A program made the position numbers and the translations under genes. A model generated the notes under the pieces. It ran no database searches, was not told where the DNA came from, and saw nothing but the letters and a program-made list of their open reading frames with translations. 64,000 nt of DNA, taken from positions 2,016,001 to 2,080,000 of the forward strand of contig CBDCWI010000001.1 of NCBI GenBank assembly GCA_965223325.1. The letters are read 5' to 3'. The stretch's first letter is position 1. The number at the start of each line of letters is the position of its first letter. This stretch comes from Candidatus Multivoradales bacterium (lineage in GTDB: Bacteria; Acidobacteriota; Thermoanaerobaculia; Multivoradales; Multivoraceae). Positions 29,403-40,300 of the stretch are shown here, piece after piece.

Positions 29403-30215
29403 ATGCGACCGAACGTCAAACTCGAAAAGCTGCCCGTACCCTTCATCGCCAGCGCCATCTTCATCACCGCAACCCTCTGTCTGAGCGCCGCCGTCTTCGC
29501 CGACGTCGAAATCAAGGGGCAAACTCATACTTCAGGGGTGGGCCTGAATGCCGACGGGGAGTCCGTGACCTACATCGACGGCATGCGAATGCGCACCGAC
29601 TCGACGATGAAGGGCAAGCGCTTCTCGACAATCCTGGACGTCGAAGCCCAGAAGATGATCAGTCTCAACCATCAGAAGAAGCGCGCCGAGGTCTACGACC
29701 TTCGCGAGCTCGCAGCCGAGCTTCGCGCCGTGACCTCGGAGGGCATCGAAGTGAAACTCGATCCAGCCGGCGAGCGCAAGACGATCGCCGGCCTCGACTG
29801 CGAGCGCTACAACATGGAGATCAAGGTGTCGGTCGAAGCCGAAGCCGGTATGGCAATGGACGTCGTCCTCTCGGGCCCAGCCTGGATCGCCAAAGACGCC
29901 CCCGGCCGCGACGACTACAAGGCCTTCTACTTCGCCGCCGCTGAAAAAGGCCTGTTCTTCGGCCCGCCAGCAGCTGCCGAGAGCACACCGGGACAGACCA
30001 GGGCACAAACCGAGATGTACCGGAAGTTCGCCGAAGCCGGCATGTCATGCGCCTCGGACATGGAAATCGCCATCGAAGGTGAGGGGCCAATGGCAGCGAT
30101 CATGAAACGGGTCGGCAAGATGTCCACCAGCTTCGAGCTCACCGGCGTCGAGGCCGGGGACGTGCCCGACGATCTGTTTACGGTTCCCGCCGGCTACAAG
30201 GTCAAGGAACGCTAG
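29403..30215 (+). CDS. Secreted hypothetical protein (DUF4412-like)
   Basis: Signal peptide; 'MRTD', 'GERKTIAGLDCERY', C-terminal 'DLFTVPAGYK'. Confidence 0.7.
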   Translation: MRPNVKLEKLPVPFIASAIFITATLCLSAAVFADVEIKGQTHTSGVGLNADGESVTYIDGMRMRTDSTMKGKRFSTILDVEAQKMISLNHQKKRAEVYDLRELAAELRAVTSEGIEVKLDPAGERKTIAGLDCERYNMEIKVSVEAEAGMAMDVVLSGPAWIAKDAPGRDDYKAFYFAAAEKGLFFGPPAAAESTPGQTRAQTEMYRKFAEAGMSCASDMEIAIEGEGPMAAIMKRVGKMSTSFELTGVEAGDVPDDLFTVPAGYKVKER

Positions 30216-30231
30216 AGCGAGCTCGCGAGCG

Positions 30232-33200
30232 TCAGAAGACGAAGCGCACGCCGAGCTGCATCTGCCGGGCCGAGGTGGTGGTCCCGCGAATCCGCCCGAA
30301 CGAAGCCAGCGGCGCTTCGCCTTCGCGGGTCCCGGTAAGGGCGATCAACGACGGGGTGCCGAAGTTGGTGCGATTGAACACGTTGAACACTTCGATGCGC
30401 ACCTCGAGACGACCGGCATCGCCGAGTGCCTGCCAGCGGGTGTTCTTGACCAGCGCCAGATCGACGGTCTCGAGGTCGGGGCCGAGGAGCGACCCCCGAC
30501 CGACGTTCCCAGGAGTACCTGCCGGCTGCAGCACGAAGGCAGTCGGGTCGAACCACTGGTCGGGATCGCCGAGGACCGCGTCGCCGGCGCTTCGACCCGG
30601 CGCAAAACTCGGCCGGTCGCGGCCCACCCCTGGAGCCAGCGCCGGCGCCCACTGCGAGCGTGACCAGTTGTTCTGGACGAAGACGGTGAGCGGGTTACCG
30701 CTGCGATAGCGGCCGATCCCGGCAAGCTGCCACCCGTCGAGCAGCCGACCGAGCTTGCCCGTCCGGTTGCGAAAGAACGGCAGGTCCCAGGTCACACTCA
30801 CCACCGCACGGTCTTTGGCGTGGAAGTCGGAGAGGCCCCGGTTGTAGTCCTCGCCGAGGCTTTCCGGGAAAGCCGAAGTCGTGCCGTTGGTGGCATCCGA
30901 GAAGAACGTTGACGCCTGCGTCGTGTCTTCCGCGGTCGACCGGGTGTACGAAGCGTCGAAACGCAACCCACGGTCGAAGCGCTTGCGGACATCAACGAAC
31001 ACCGCGCGGTACCAACTGTTGCCATCGCTGCTCTTCTGTTCGATGGTCGAGAAGCTCGGATTCGGGCGCCGGGTCCCCACCGGGAAGAACGGAGTGCCGT
31101 CGGCGAGGGTCTCTGGGACAGGCACGTTGACGTCGCTATTGCGCAGCAGGTGGCGGCCAAGCGACCCGGCGTAGCCGGCGGCAACGACGATGCCCCGCCA
31201 CACCTCACGCTCGACCTTGAGGTTCCACATCTGCAGCTCTGGACTCTCGAGGTCGTACTGGATGGGACGGATCGAGATGCTGCCACGGTTGAAAGGAGGC
31301 TGAGGAAAGGTGGGTCCCGGAATCACCGGACGTGGCGTAAAAGGCGGGTTGGTGATCGTGACGATCAGGTTCTGCTGGTTGTTGGTGTTGTAGTAGATGC
31401 CATAGCCACCACGCACCGACGTCTTGCCATCGCCCAACGGATCCCAGGCGAAGTTGAGGCGCGGCGACCAGTTGCCGCGCGTCGGGTTCTGGTAGAGCTT
31501 GCCGATCGTGGGCTCTCTGTCGGCGCGCGACAACAGAGCAATATCGCGGCCGCGCGCCTCCTCGGGAACCGAAGCGGTCTCGTAACGCAGGCCAAGGTTG
31601 AGGGTGAACCTCGAACCCAGGCGCAGCTGGTCTTGCAGGTAGATGGCCCACAGATCGAAGTCCCACTGGCGTTCGAGGTCCCCATCGGGGGTGAGCCCTA
31701 TGAACAGTGCCGGGCGGTTGGTCAGGAAACGCTCGAGACTCGGGAAGCGAAACAGCCCGCGCGAGAACGTCGGGTTGAACATCGTGTCCTCGTAGCGCTC
31801 GTAGAGCGCCCCCGCCTCGATGAGGTGATTGCGCCAGATGCGCGAGAAGTCATAGGCAAGGCTCGCCACCTCCTGGTCAAGTGCCACGTCGGCCGAGATC
31901 TGCGGACCAAACCGAGGGATGCCGCCGATGTCGATGTTGCCCAGGGTCTCGCGGCCCGCAACGAACGGCTCGACAGGAGCGTCGAGGTTCGCCTCGACGT
32001 CTTGGCCGATGCTGGTGTCGCTCCAGCCCAGGCGCAGCGTCTGCAGAGTCGTTGCCGACTCGATGCTCTGCACTTCGGTGGTCAGGTACTGGTTGCGCGA
32101 AACGAAGGAGCGCGGAAACTGCGGGAAGTCAGTCGGCAGAAGCTGTTCAGCGTCGTCCAATGTGTAACGTGCGAACCATCGGAGTTTGGGAGCGCGCGTG
32201 TAGTCGAGGCGCCCTTGTAGAAAGTCCTGCTCGAGTTCCTGATTGAACGGGAAGGTGAACTGCGCCAGGCCGCCACCAATCGTGCTGCCGTTGGGAAGCG
32301 GGTAGGCGTCGAGGTAGGGCCGCACACTCGGGTGGACTCCCACGTCGCGAAGACCTCCAGGAGCCGCCGCGTCAGGAAGGAAACCAAGACGAGCCTGGTC
32401 ATCAGGCACGATTGTGGTGATGGTCTTGCCGAGTTCTTCGCGCAGACCTTCGTAGCCGAAGAAGAAGAACAGCCGGTCCTCACGGATGGGCCCGCCGATG
32501 GTGCCGCCGAACTGGTTGCGCTCGAACTCGGGCTTTCCACCCTGGTCGAAATAGTTTCGCGAATCGAAACGGTCGTTCCTGTGGTACTCGAAGACACTGC
32601 CGCGCAGCTGGTTGCTGCCGCTCTTGGTCAGCGCCGTGACCTGACCGCCGTAGTTGCGGCCGTACTGAGCGTTGTAGGCGTTGGTGAGGACCCTGAACTC
32701 GCGAATCGTCTCGGTACCGAGGGCGGTGCTCGCCGCACTTCCCGCGGGCCCATTGGTGAAGTCGTTGAGGAGCGTCCCATCGAGCAGGTAGACGTTCGAG
32801 CGCGGGTCGAGACCGTTGACGCTCAATCCCTGGCCATGCGCGACGACCGAACCACCGTCGCGCTGGCGGAACTCCTGGACGTTGGGTTGCAGGAGCGCGA
32901 GATCGGTGTAGTTCCTACCGTTGAGCGGTAGCGTCTCGATCGACTCGGCACTCACCAGGAAGCCGAGATCGCCAGAAACCCTGTTGATGGGCGGCGGTTG
33001 CCCGGAGACTGTGAGGCTTTCGCTAACCGCCCCGACGGCAAGAGTCAGGTCGAGCGAGGTGGTCTCACCCACCGAAACCTCGAGTTCGGGAACCTCCAGG
33101 GTCTTGAACCCAGGAGCCTCAACGATCAAGAAATAGGCCCCCACCGGCAGCGAGGGCAACGTGAAGCTACCGTCGGCGGCACTCACAACGAGCCGGCCGG

Positions 33201-33396
33201 TCGACGTCTCGGTGTGCTCGACCGTCACTTCTGCACCTCTGACCGCGGCGCCCTCTGAATCGAGAACGCGACCGCGCACCGCGCCGGTGGTCTGAGCCCC
33301 CAAAGACCCAGCGACCAGTAGGGCAAGCACGAGGGCCGCGGTGGTTTTCCTCGCGGTGAGATCGAGGGGTACCCCGCATCGGCTGGCGGAGTTCAT
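30232..33396 (-). CDS. TonB-dependent receptor (Oar-like, with carboxypeptidase-regulatory N-domain)
   Basis: Signal peptide; 'G.V.D..G..V.GA.V', 'LPLNGRNYTDL', 'TKSGSN..RGS.FEYHRND', 'RNQFGGTIGGPI', C-terminal 'RQMQLGVRFVF'. Confidence 0.95.
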   Translation of the reverse strand: MNSASRCGVPLDLTARKTTAALVLALLVAGSLGAQTTGAVRGRVLDSEGAAVRGAEVTVEHTETSTGRLVVSAADGSFTLPSLPVGAYFLIVEAPGFKTLEVPELEVSVGETTSLDLTLAVGAVSESLTVSGQPPPINRVSGDLGFLVSAESIETLPLNGRNYTDLALLQPNVQEFRQRDGGSVVAHGQGLSVNGLDPRSNVYLLDGTLLNDFTNGPAGSAASTALGTETIREFRVLTNAYNAQYGRNYGGQVTALTKSGSNQLRGSVFEYHRNDRFDSRNYFDQGGKPEFERNQFGGTIGGPIREDRLFFFFGYEGLREELGKTITTIVPDDQARLGFLPDAAAPGGLRDVGVHPSVRPYLDAYPLPNGSTIGGGLAQFTFPFNQELEQDFLQGRLDYTRAPKLRWFARYTLDDAEQLLPTDFPQFPRSFVSRNQYLTTEVQSIESATTLQTLRLGWSDTSIGQDVEANLDAPVEPFVAGRETLGNIDIGGIPRFGPQISADVALDQEVASLAYDFSRIWRNHLIEAGALYERYEDTMFNPTFSRGLFRFPSLERFLTNRPALFIGLTPDGDLERQWDFDLWAIYLQDQLRLGSRFTLNLGLRYETASVPEEARGRDIALLSRADREPTIGKLYQNPTRGNWSPRLNFAWDPLGDGKTSVRGGYGIYYNTNNQQNLIVTITNPPFTPRPVIPGPTFPQPPFNRGSISIRPIQYDLESPELQMWNLKVEREVWRGIVVAAGYAGSLGRHLLRNSDVNVPVPETLADGTPFFPVGTRRPNPSFSTIEQKSSDGNSWYRAVFVDVRKRFDRGLRFDASYTRSTAEDTTQASTFFSDATNGTTSAFPESLGEDYNRGLSDFHAKDRAVVSVTWDLPFFRNRTGKLGRLLDGWQLAGIGRYRSGNPLTVFVQNNWSRSQWAPALAPGVGRDRPSFAPGRSAGDAVLGDPDQWFDPTAFVLQPAGTPGNVGRGSLLGPDLETVDLALVKNTRWQALGDAGRLEVRIEVFNVFNRTNFGTPSLIALTGTREGEAPLASFGRIRGTTTSARQMQLGVRFVF

Positions 33397-33608
33397 GGTT
33401 TCGTTTGATCCCAGGCGTTTGCGGCGACGAGGACGGGCAAAGCCACGAGCCAGCAGAGACCCGGCCCGAACTGACGCTGTTTGGGGGCCTCGGTGATTCG
33501 ATCGATTGACGGTTTAGCACCCACGACACCCAACGCTACTGCAACGCGCCGAGCCTGCCATCTGTGGAGAGTACGGAACTCACCCGGCAGCGAAGCGTCC
33601 CGTGCCGC

Positions 33609-34889
33609 CTATCCCCAGACCCGCCTGGCCACCGCCTCGCCGAGCGCCTCCATGAACGGCGTTGCGACCTCGTCGTACTCGTACTGGTCGTCGTTGAGAG
33701 CCTCGTTCTCATTGGTGTAGAGCGTTGCGGCGAGAAAGAACGAGCGGCCAGTCTCGGAGTCGACGACGTAGGCATTCTCGGTACTGAAGCCGTAGGCCTG
33801 ACCGGTCTTGTTGTAGATCACCACCCTGTCGGAAGGAACGACCCGGGCGACCCCGGGACGAAGGGCTTTGACGTAGTCGTCGGGGTACTCGTTGGGGTCA
33901 TAGACCGGGTTTTTCGACTGGCGCGGGAGCTGCGACATCGCCTCGAGCAAGAGCTCGCGGTCTTCGGGGCGCAGGGCAAAGCCGGAGCCATTGCAGTCGA
34001 CATCGGGACGCACGACCATGCAGAGCCCGCGCTGCAGATCGACCAGGCTGATCTGGTTCTTGACGCTCATGTCCATCGGCTTCTTGATGCGTTCACCGCC
34101 CTGCATGTGGGCCTTGCCGACCTGCAGTCGCGGAGCGGGTGGGATCGGCCGCAAGGGCTCTGATTCGCGCGCATCCTGCCAGTACTCGAAGGTGTCCCCC
34201 CGAAAGCTGATCTCCGGGTAGCGACGGTTGTCCTCCGGACTGCGTGCCTCGGAGAGGCGGTGCACGATGCGCGGATACACCAGGCCGGCATTCTCGAGCG
34301 AGCGCATCAAGCCGTCCTGACCGACCATTTCGTAGAGCCGGTTGTAGGCCTGGTTGTCGCTGACCAGGAACAGTTTGCGGATCTCGTGACGGGTCGTGAT
34401 CACCCCTCCCACGAGGTTCGAAGGGTCGGCCGCCTCTCGCACTTCGTCGGCAAACAACGGCTCATAGACCAGAGCCGTATCGACGTCGATGTCGTGGCGG
34501 GTGGTGCGACGCAGGGCCTCGAGATGCTCGAGAGCCGCGATCGCGGCGAACATCTTGACGCTGCTCGCCGGGTAGAAGTACTCGGCGCCGGCACGGTAGG
34601 TCCGCTGTGCCAGTCGCGGCCCCGCTGCCGTTTCTTCGACCGTTCCCAAGACGATCTGAAGACGGTGACGCTCGGCCTCGGCGGCCACTCTCTGAAGATC
34701 GGGATTGGAGGTGAGCAGGTCAGCCAACAGCGGGTCCTTCTCCCTGCTCCCTCTGTTGTAGCTCTCCTCGGCACTTCTCACCCTGGCCTCCCCTGGTTCG
34801 CTGGCAGCGACTCCCGGCTGGCTCGACCGGCACGCCAGACACACGAGGGCGACCGCCAGCGACGCGACGGTCAACGTCGTGGGCTTCAT
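33609..34889 (-). CDS. Lipoprotein serine hydrolase, class A beta-lactamase-like
   Basis: Lipobox-like 'CLAC'; 'YPASSVK' (SxxK), 'SDN', 'NKTG'; ATGA overlap with lysA. Confidence 0.85.
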   Translation of the reverse strand: MKPTTLTVASLAVALVCLACRSSQPGVAASEPGEARVRSAEESYNRGSREKDPLLADLLTSNPDLQRVAAEAERHRLQIVLGTVEETAAGPRLAQRTYRAGAEYFYPASSVKMFAAIAALEHLEALRRTTRHDIDVDTALVYEPLFADEVREAADPSNLVGGVITTRHEIRKLFLVSDNQAYNRLYEMVGQDGLMRSLENAGLVYPRIVHRLSEARSPEDNRRYPEISFRGDTFEYWQDARESEPLRPIPPAPRLQVGKAHMQGGERIKKPMDMSVKNQISLVDLQRGLCMVVRPDVDCNGSGFALRPEDRELLLEAMSQLPRQSKNPVYDPNEYPDDYVKALRPGVARVVPSDRVVIYNKTGQAYGFSTENAYVVDSETGRSFFLAATLYTNENEALNDDQYEYDEVATPFMEALGEAVARRVWG

Positions 34890-36277
34890 CGTTTCCCTCC
34901 GAGCGCAATCGCACGCGGTTCCATCTCGTTGGAGAGCCGCGACGCCCAGACTTCCCGCTCGGCAACCACTCGCGCCTGGCGGCCGGTCACTAGCACTTCG
35001 GCAGGGCGGCCGTGATCGTTGTAGTTCGATGCCATCGACATACTGTACGCCCCGGCACCGAAGACCGCGATGAGATCTCCACGCGCGAGGGGCGGCAGGG
35101 CCCGGCCGCGAGCCAGGAAATCACCGGTCTCACAGATCGGCCCAACCACGTCGGTGAGCTCCAGTTCCTTGCCGCCGGTCCCCGGATCGACGTTGCGCCG
35201 CGGCGCCTCGCCGGACCACTCCACCGGCCATATGAAGTGAAAGGCGCCGTAGAGCGCTGGACGAATCAGAGCGTTCATGCCGGCATCACAAATCAGGAAG
35301 CGGCGATCTCGCCCCTCCTTTCGGTGTTCGACTCGAGTAACCAGAACACCCGCATTGGCAACCAGGTAGCGCCCCGGTTCGAGCACGATCTCGATGCCGC
35401 GTGCCACAACGTCGCTGAGGAGCGGCACCATTTCCGCCGCATACTCCGCGATGTCGGGAGGCGCACCCTCGCCGTAGTCCACCGGAAAACCGCCACCGAG
35501 GTCGAGCACCTCCAGGCGATGCCCCCGCGCCTCGAGCTCCTCGGCGAGGTGGAGAACGACCCGCAGGGTCTCGACATAGGGCGCGACCTTTGGCACCAAC
35601 GAACCAATGTGTACGTGCAGCCCCACCAGCTGGACCGCTTCGCGATCACCCGACTTCGCATGGCTGTCGAACAGTTCGAGCACCTCGCCGACGTCGATCC
35701 CGAACTTGTTCTCCTGCCGACCGGTGGCGATGAACTGGTGCGTCTTGGGATCGACGTCGGGGTTGATGCGCACACAGGCGCGAGCACTCTGCCCGACCTC
35801 CGCTGCAATCTCGGTGAGGCGATCGAGCTCACTCTGCGACTCGATGTTGAAGAGGCCAACGGGTCCGCGCTCGTCGGCCGATCCCGTCGCCAGGTGCTGA
35901 AAGTCTGGAGCGAGGAGGCTGTGGCGACCGTCGAGAGCTGCGCGAACCTCTGCATCGCTCTTGCCGACCCCGGCAAAGACGACTTCAGACATCGGCGTGC
36001 CTGCGAGCCAGGCTCGTTCGAGCTCGCCTCCGGAGACCACGTCCATTCCGGCGCCGAGATCACGGATTGCACGACAAACGTGCAGGTTGGGACACGCCTT
36101 GACGGCAAAGTGCACTCGCGGCTCGATCGCAGCGAAGGCGCCCTGCAGTCGCTCCCAGGCAGAACAGATCAAGCCGGTCGAATAGACATAGGTGGGCGTG
36201 CCAACCGCGGTCACAATCTCCTCGATCGCTACCTCTTCAGCGTAGAGCGTGCCGCCGCGCCAGTGAAAGCCATCCAT
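34886..36277 (-). CDS. lysA: Diaminopimelate decarboxylase
   Basis: GTPTYVYS, FAVKAC (PLP Lys), 'DVVSGGEL', 'NKFGI', HVHIGS, EPGR, GPICETGD, GAYS..MASNYN; start at ATG 36277 (MDGF). Confidence 0.95.
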   Translation of the reverse strand: MDGFHWRGGTLYAEEVAIEEIVTAVGTPTYVYSTGLICSAWERLQGAFAAIEPRVHFAVKACPNLHVCRAIRDLGAGMDVVSGGELERAWLAGTPMSEVVFAGVGKSDAEVRAALDGRHSLLAPDFQHLATGSADERGPVGLFNIESQSELDRLTEIAAEVGQSARACVRINPDVDPKTHQFIATGRQENKFGIDVGEVLELFDSHAKSGDREAVQLVGLHVHIGSLVPKVAPYVETLRVVLHLAEELEARGHRLEVLDLGGGFPVDYGEGAPPDIAEYAAEMVPLLSDVVARGIEIVLEPGRYLVANAGVLVTRVEHRKEGRDRRFLICDAGMNALIRPALYGAFHFIWPVEWSGEAPRRNVDPGTGGKELELTDVVGPICETGDFLARGRALPPLARGDLIAVFGAGAYSMSMASNYNDHGRPAEVLVTGRQARVVAEREVWASRLSNEMEPRAIALGGKR

Positions 36278-36384
36278 TGCCAGCGAGCGTATCGCCCTCA
36301 ACGGTAAAAGTGGTTGCAGCGCCTCAGGCGTTGCAACCACTCAGGAATGAGGGCGGCTGATGCGAAGTGGCCTCGAGATCGTGC

Positions 36385-36537
36385 CTATTGCGCAGCGATC
36401 CAGAGCATCGGCACGATCAACCAGGCCAGGCCCTTGACCAGGAAGAACAGGAAACCGGCCGCGCCGAAGCGCATGAGCAGCCCGCGGATACCCCTCCGAT
36501 CCTTCGCCGCTTCGTCGAGTGGCTTGGTTCTCTTCAC
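36385..36537 (-). CDS. Small (50 aa) single-TM membrane protein
   Basis: GTG overlaps the mddA stop (GTGA); MKRTKPLDEAAKDRRGIRGLLMRFGAAGFLFFLVKGLAWLIVPMLWIAAQ. Confidence 0.7.
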   Translation of the reverse strand: MKRTKPLDEAAKDRRGIRGLLMRFGAAGFLFFLVKGLAWLIVPMLWIAAQ

Positions 36538-37313
36538 GACAGTCCGCCCGTCGACACACTCGTTGCCGCGACTTCCTGCTGAGTACGCTTGGTTCCCGGA
36601 ACCAACATCGGAACCCGCTTGCGGTAGTTCTCGTACGACGCACCGTGTTCGGCCATCAGGTCGCGTTCTTCGAGCTGAATCGCCACCACGATGTAGACGG
36701 TGGTCATGATCGCGAACACCAGATGTGCGGCGGTCATCCGGGGGGTGAACCAGAAGGCGAGGATGAAGCCAACGTAGAGCGGATGGCGCACGATCTTGTA
36801 GGGCCATGGCTCGACGAAGGGCACTGGGGTGTAGGGCCGGTTGCGGAGGTACAGCCAGACCTGGCGCAGCCCGAACAGGTCGAAATGGTTGATCAAGAAG
36901 GTGCTCGAGAAGACCAGCACCCAGCCGAACACGAAACCGGCGTAGCTAGTGATCCGCGCGGCGTTCGACTCGAACTCCCAGATCACCCCGCCGAGAGGCT
37001 GCCAGAAGATGAACATCGCGATCAGGCATAGGCTCGAGAGCAGCACGTAGACCGAGCGCTCGAGCTCCTCGGGAACGATCTTCGTCCACCACCGCTTCCA
37101 CGCCGGGCGCGCCATCACGCTGTGCTGAATCGCGAAGATCGACAAAAGGGCAAGGTCGATGGCCAGGGCCTTGCCGAGCGGAACGGTGGGGACACCGTCT
37201 ACCGCTGTGGGTACGAGAAAGCCGCCGACCCAGGCGATGGCATAGAGAATCGTGCCCAGAAAGGCCAGGTAGCAGACGGTGCCGAAGGCGAAGTAGCTAA
37301 TACGTCGAATCAT
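36534..37313 (-). CDS. mddA: Methanethiol S-methyltransferase (ICMT-like membrane methyltransferase)
   Basis: 'FAIQHSVMARP..KRWWT', 'ERSVYVL', 'STFLINHFDLFGLRQVW', 'VRHPLY', 'QLEERDL', 'Y..YR.RVPML'; start ATG 37313. Confidence 0.85.
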   Translation of the reverse strand: MIRRISYFAFGTVCYLAFLGTILYAIAWVGGFLVPTAVDGVPTVPLGKALAIDLALLSIFAIQHSVMARPAWKRWWTKIVPEELERSVYVLLSSLCLIAMFIFWQPLGGVIWEFESNAARITSYAGFVFGWVLVFSSTFLINHFDLFGLRQVWLYLRNRPYTPVPFVEPWPYKIVRHPLYVGFILAFWFTPRMTAAHLVFAIMTTVYIVVAIQLEERDLMAEHGASYENYRKRVPMLVPGTKRTQQEVAATSVSTGGLS

Positions 37314-37398
37314 GGTCAGTTCCCTCACAGTCGTTCGTGGTCCTACTGGGGGAACGCAGACCCGGGCAGAAACCCGCCACCCCGGCCGCAAAATCTTC

Positions 37399-40300
37399 TT
37401 AGCGGGTGTTGCGCAGGAAGCGCAGAAGATCGAGGATCTCTTCTTCTTCGAGAGTGACCAACAGCCCCGACGGCATCGGCGAAAGCGATGTACGCGAGAG
37501 GGTCTTGATGTCGCTGCGCGCGACGGTGGTCACACGCTCTGGCTCGAGCGGGTCAGCACGCAGCGACACGCTGTCGGCGTCGCTGGCCACCACGATGCCC
37601 ACCAGCAGGCGGCCATCACGTTTCTCGATCACCGTGGTCTCGTACTCCTCGGCCACCGTCGCACTTGGATCGAGCACGTGGCGCAGCGTTTCGACAGCGT
37701 CGTAGCGCGACCCGAGATCGTCCAGCGCCGGGCCGAGGTCGCCACCCTCGCCGTTCTTGGCATGACACTTGGAGCAGCCGACGGCGACAAACAGCTCGGC
37801 GCCCGCTTCGATCTGTGCACCGGTCGACCAGGGACCCTGCGGCGAGTCCAGAACGACCGGTTCGAGACGCTCGAGACTCCAGGCCTTGACGAACTCGCGC
37901 ACCTCAGTCTGCTCGGTCTCGGCGTCGACCTTGCGCATCACTGGCGGGTCGACGTCGCTGCCCGCAGGCACCACCCGCATGATGCCGTTCATCAAGATCC
38001 AATGACCTGGAAAGGTACATACGAAGGGATAGAGGCCAGGCTCCTCGGGCGTCAGGAATGCCAAGGCTGCGCTCTGGCCAGGAAGAACGAGCGGTGTTGC
38101 GCGGATGACTTCGTCATTCCAGCGAGGAACGTAGTTCGCCGCCTCGGCGGCCGCCGGATCTGTGCGCGCCATCTGCTCGGCCATCTCGCCAACGTCTTCG
38201 AGCCCACCTGGTTGGGTCACCACCAGGTTGTGGGGCATCACATCGGGGTTCTCGAGGCGGATCTCGAGCGGTCGTCCGGCTTGGACGGAGAACTCGAGCG
38301 TGTCGAAGACCATCTGATGCGGAACCGGCCGAATGGTGATCTGTTGGATGGCACGCTGGGAAATCGTCGTCGCCAGCTGATCGATCGCTTCTGAGCGCAC
38401 CGCGCCAGACACCAACCGGTCGGCGGTGTCGACCCAACGGCGCACGTTGGGCGCTGTGAGCTCGGCGACCGACACGGCCCGGAGGTGGCGGTCGAGGGCC
38501 AAGGTGAGCTCGTGCTGGCGCCCTAGATGGCCAAGGGTCGAAACCACGGCGGACGGGTCGTTCGCGGTCAGCCCATCGAGTGCCTCAGCGGCAACTCCCG
38601 CGCGACCAGGACCGTCCTCGGCCAGCCGATCGAGGAGCACCGCGAACGTCTCTTCGCCGTCGTCTGGCATGCTCGAAAGCGCCGCGATCGCGTGACGGCG
38701 GACCTCGTTTGCCGAGTCCACCACCAGCCGCAGGCCGCCCGGGTCACTCTCGGGACGTCTGAAGCCGCGCAACTCGAAAACTTTTCGCTCTCCCGCCAGG
38801 GCGACGATCGAGAGGCGATCGCTCGCCAGGCGACCGGTACTCGGGTCGGGCAGCCGGAGGACCACCTGGCCGATCGAAACCGGCCTGGAGAGCCGCACCT
38901 CGAGCCAGGGCGACTGCTCGAAGAAGGTCGCCGAAGCGGTTTCGCGTTCGCCATCAACGGCCAGCGCCGCGACGCCGTCGCGCGAGGTGCTCGACTGCTC
39001 GGCCTCAATAGGAGCACCTCGAAGCACCGGCCTGCCTTCGCGGTCCAACACCTCGACCTCGGCGATCTGTAGCATCCCGCGACCACCGAGCGCCAACCGG
39101 ATCCTGTCCACCGGCTGCGCGAGGACGTCCGCGAGTGCCGGAGGTGTCTCGCGCGTCATCCGCTCAACGGTTCCCCACGCACGCTGGCGAAGATCGGGAG
39201 GAAAGCGAGCCAGGGCGCGGAGGGCCAGCAGGGTCGAGTCGACTCCAGCTGCTCCGCTCAAATCGGGAAGCTCGCCCGTGCGGGCAGCGTTGGCGGCCAG
39301 CAACCACTCGGCAGTTGCAAGGAGCCGCGCCTGTTGCCCGAAGGTCGAAAGGCGCACCGCCAACTCGGAGTCGACGCCCTCGGGGGAGTCTCCAAAAAGC
39401 TCCAGCAGAGCTCTGCCCAGCCGGGCGACGGACCCCTCCTCGCCCGCCGCGTCGGCCTCGGCAAGGCGGTCTAGAAGGAGCGCCGCTCGCTGTTCTCCAG
39501 CAGCCTCCTCGAGAAGCGCAAGCGCCTGGTCGGCGACCTCCGGTGCCACGTCGGGGCGCAGGAGAAGCGCACGCAGAACCGACGGCTCTTGCGGCAGATC
39601 CAACAGCCGCTCGGTTTCGAGGCGTGCGAGCAGAAACTGGCGGTGGTTCTCCGCCAGGTCGGTCCACCAGGATCCGGAGCCGAGCGCCGGCGCCCAATGA
39701 GGTTCGAGCGTGTCGACGGTCTCACCAATCACGTAGTCGAGGTAGTCGTCGCGTGGTTGATCGAGGGCCGCGAGCGCAATCTGGGCCGCCCCCTTGCCTG
39801 CGAGGAAACTGGCAGCGAGCACGGCTTCGAGCCGCACGCGCGGATGCGGGTCTCGCACGAGTTTCTCGAGCCGCTTCGGGGCGCCATCGATCTGGTCGCG
39901 CCAGAAGCGCAACACGCGGGTTGCCGCCGCCCGCGCGCGCGGCTCAGGCGAACCGAGGACCTCGTCGAGAAGAGCGGTGTCGACCTCGCCGAGCATCTGA
40001 TGGAGCCATAGCGCCTCGAGATGGCGATGCTCGCGTGGAGCGAGAACCACCTGGTTGGCTTCGGGAGCGTCACCGCTTGCTGTGGGCGACGCGAGCCAGG
40101 AGTCGATGGCGGCGAGGACCTCGCTGCGCTCACGTTGCCGCAGCTCGCGTCGTGTCCGGTAGCGCAACCGGTCCTCGTACTGATCGAGGTTCCCGAGGAG
40201 CTCGGCAATCGACGCGCCGGCGACAGGGCGCGGTTCGAGGAGCGCACGCTCGGCATGACGGATGCGCCAGATGCGGCCGTGACCAGTGTCGCGTCGCGGG

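Noticed and set aside
33609-34889. Bona fide antibiotic-resistance beta-lactamase
   Set aside because: SxxK/SDN/KTG motifs are shared with many non-resistance PBP-like proteins; it is a long lipoprotein in a housekeeping (lysA) operon, so activity cannot be inferred.
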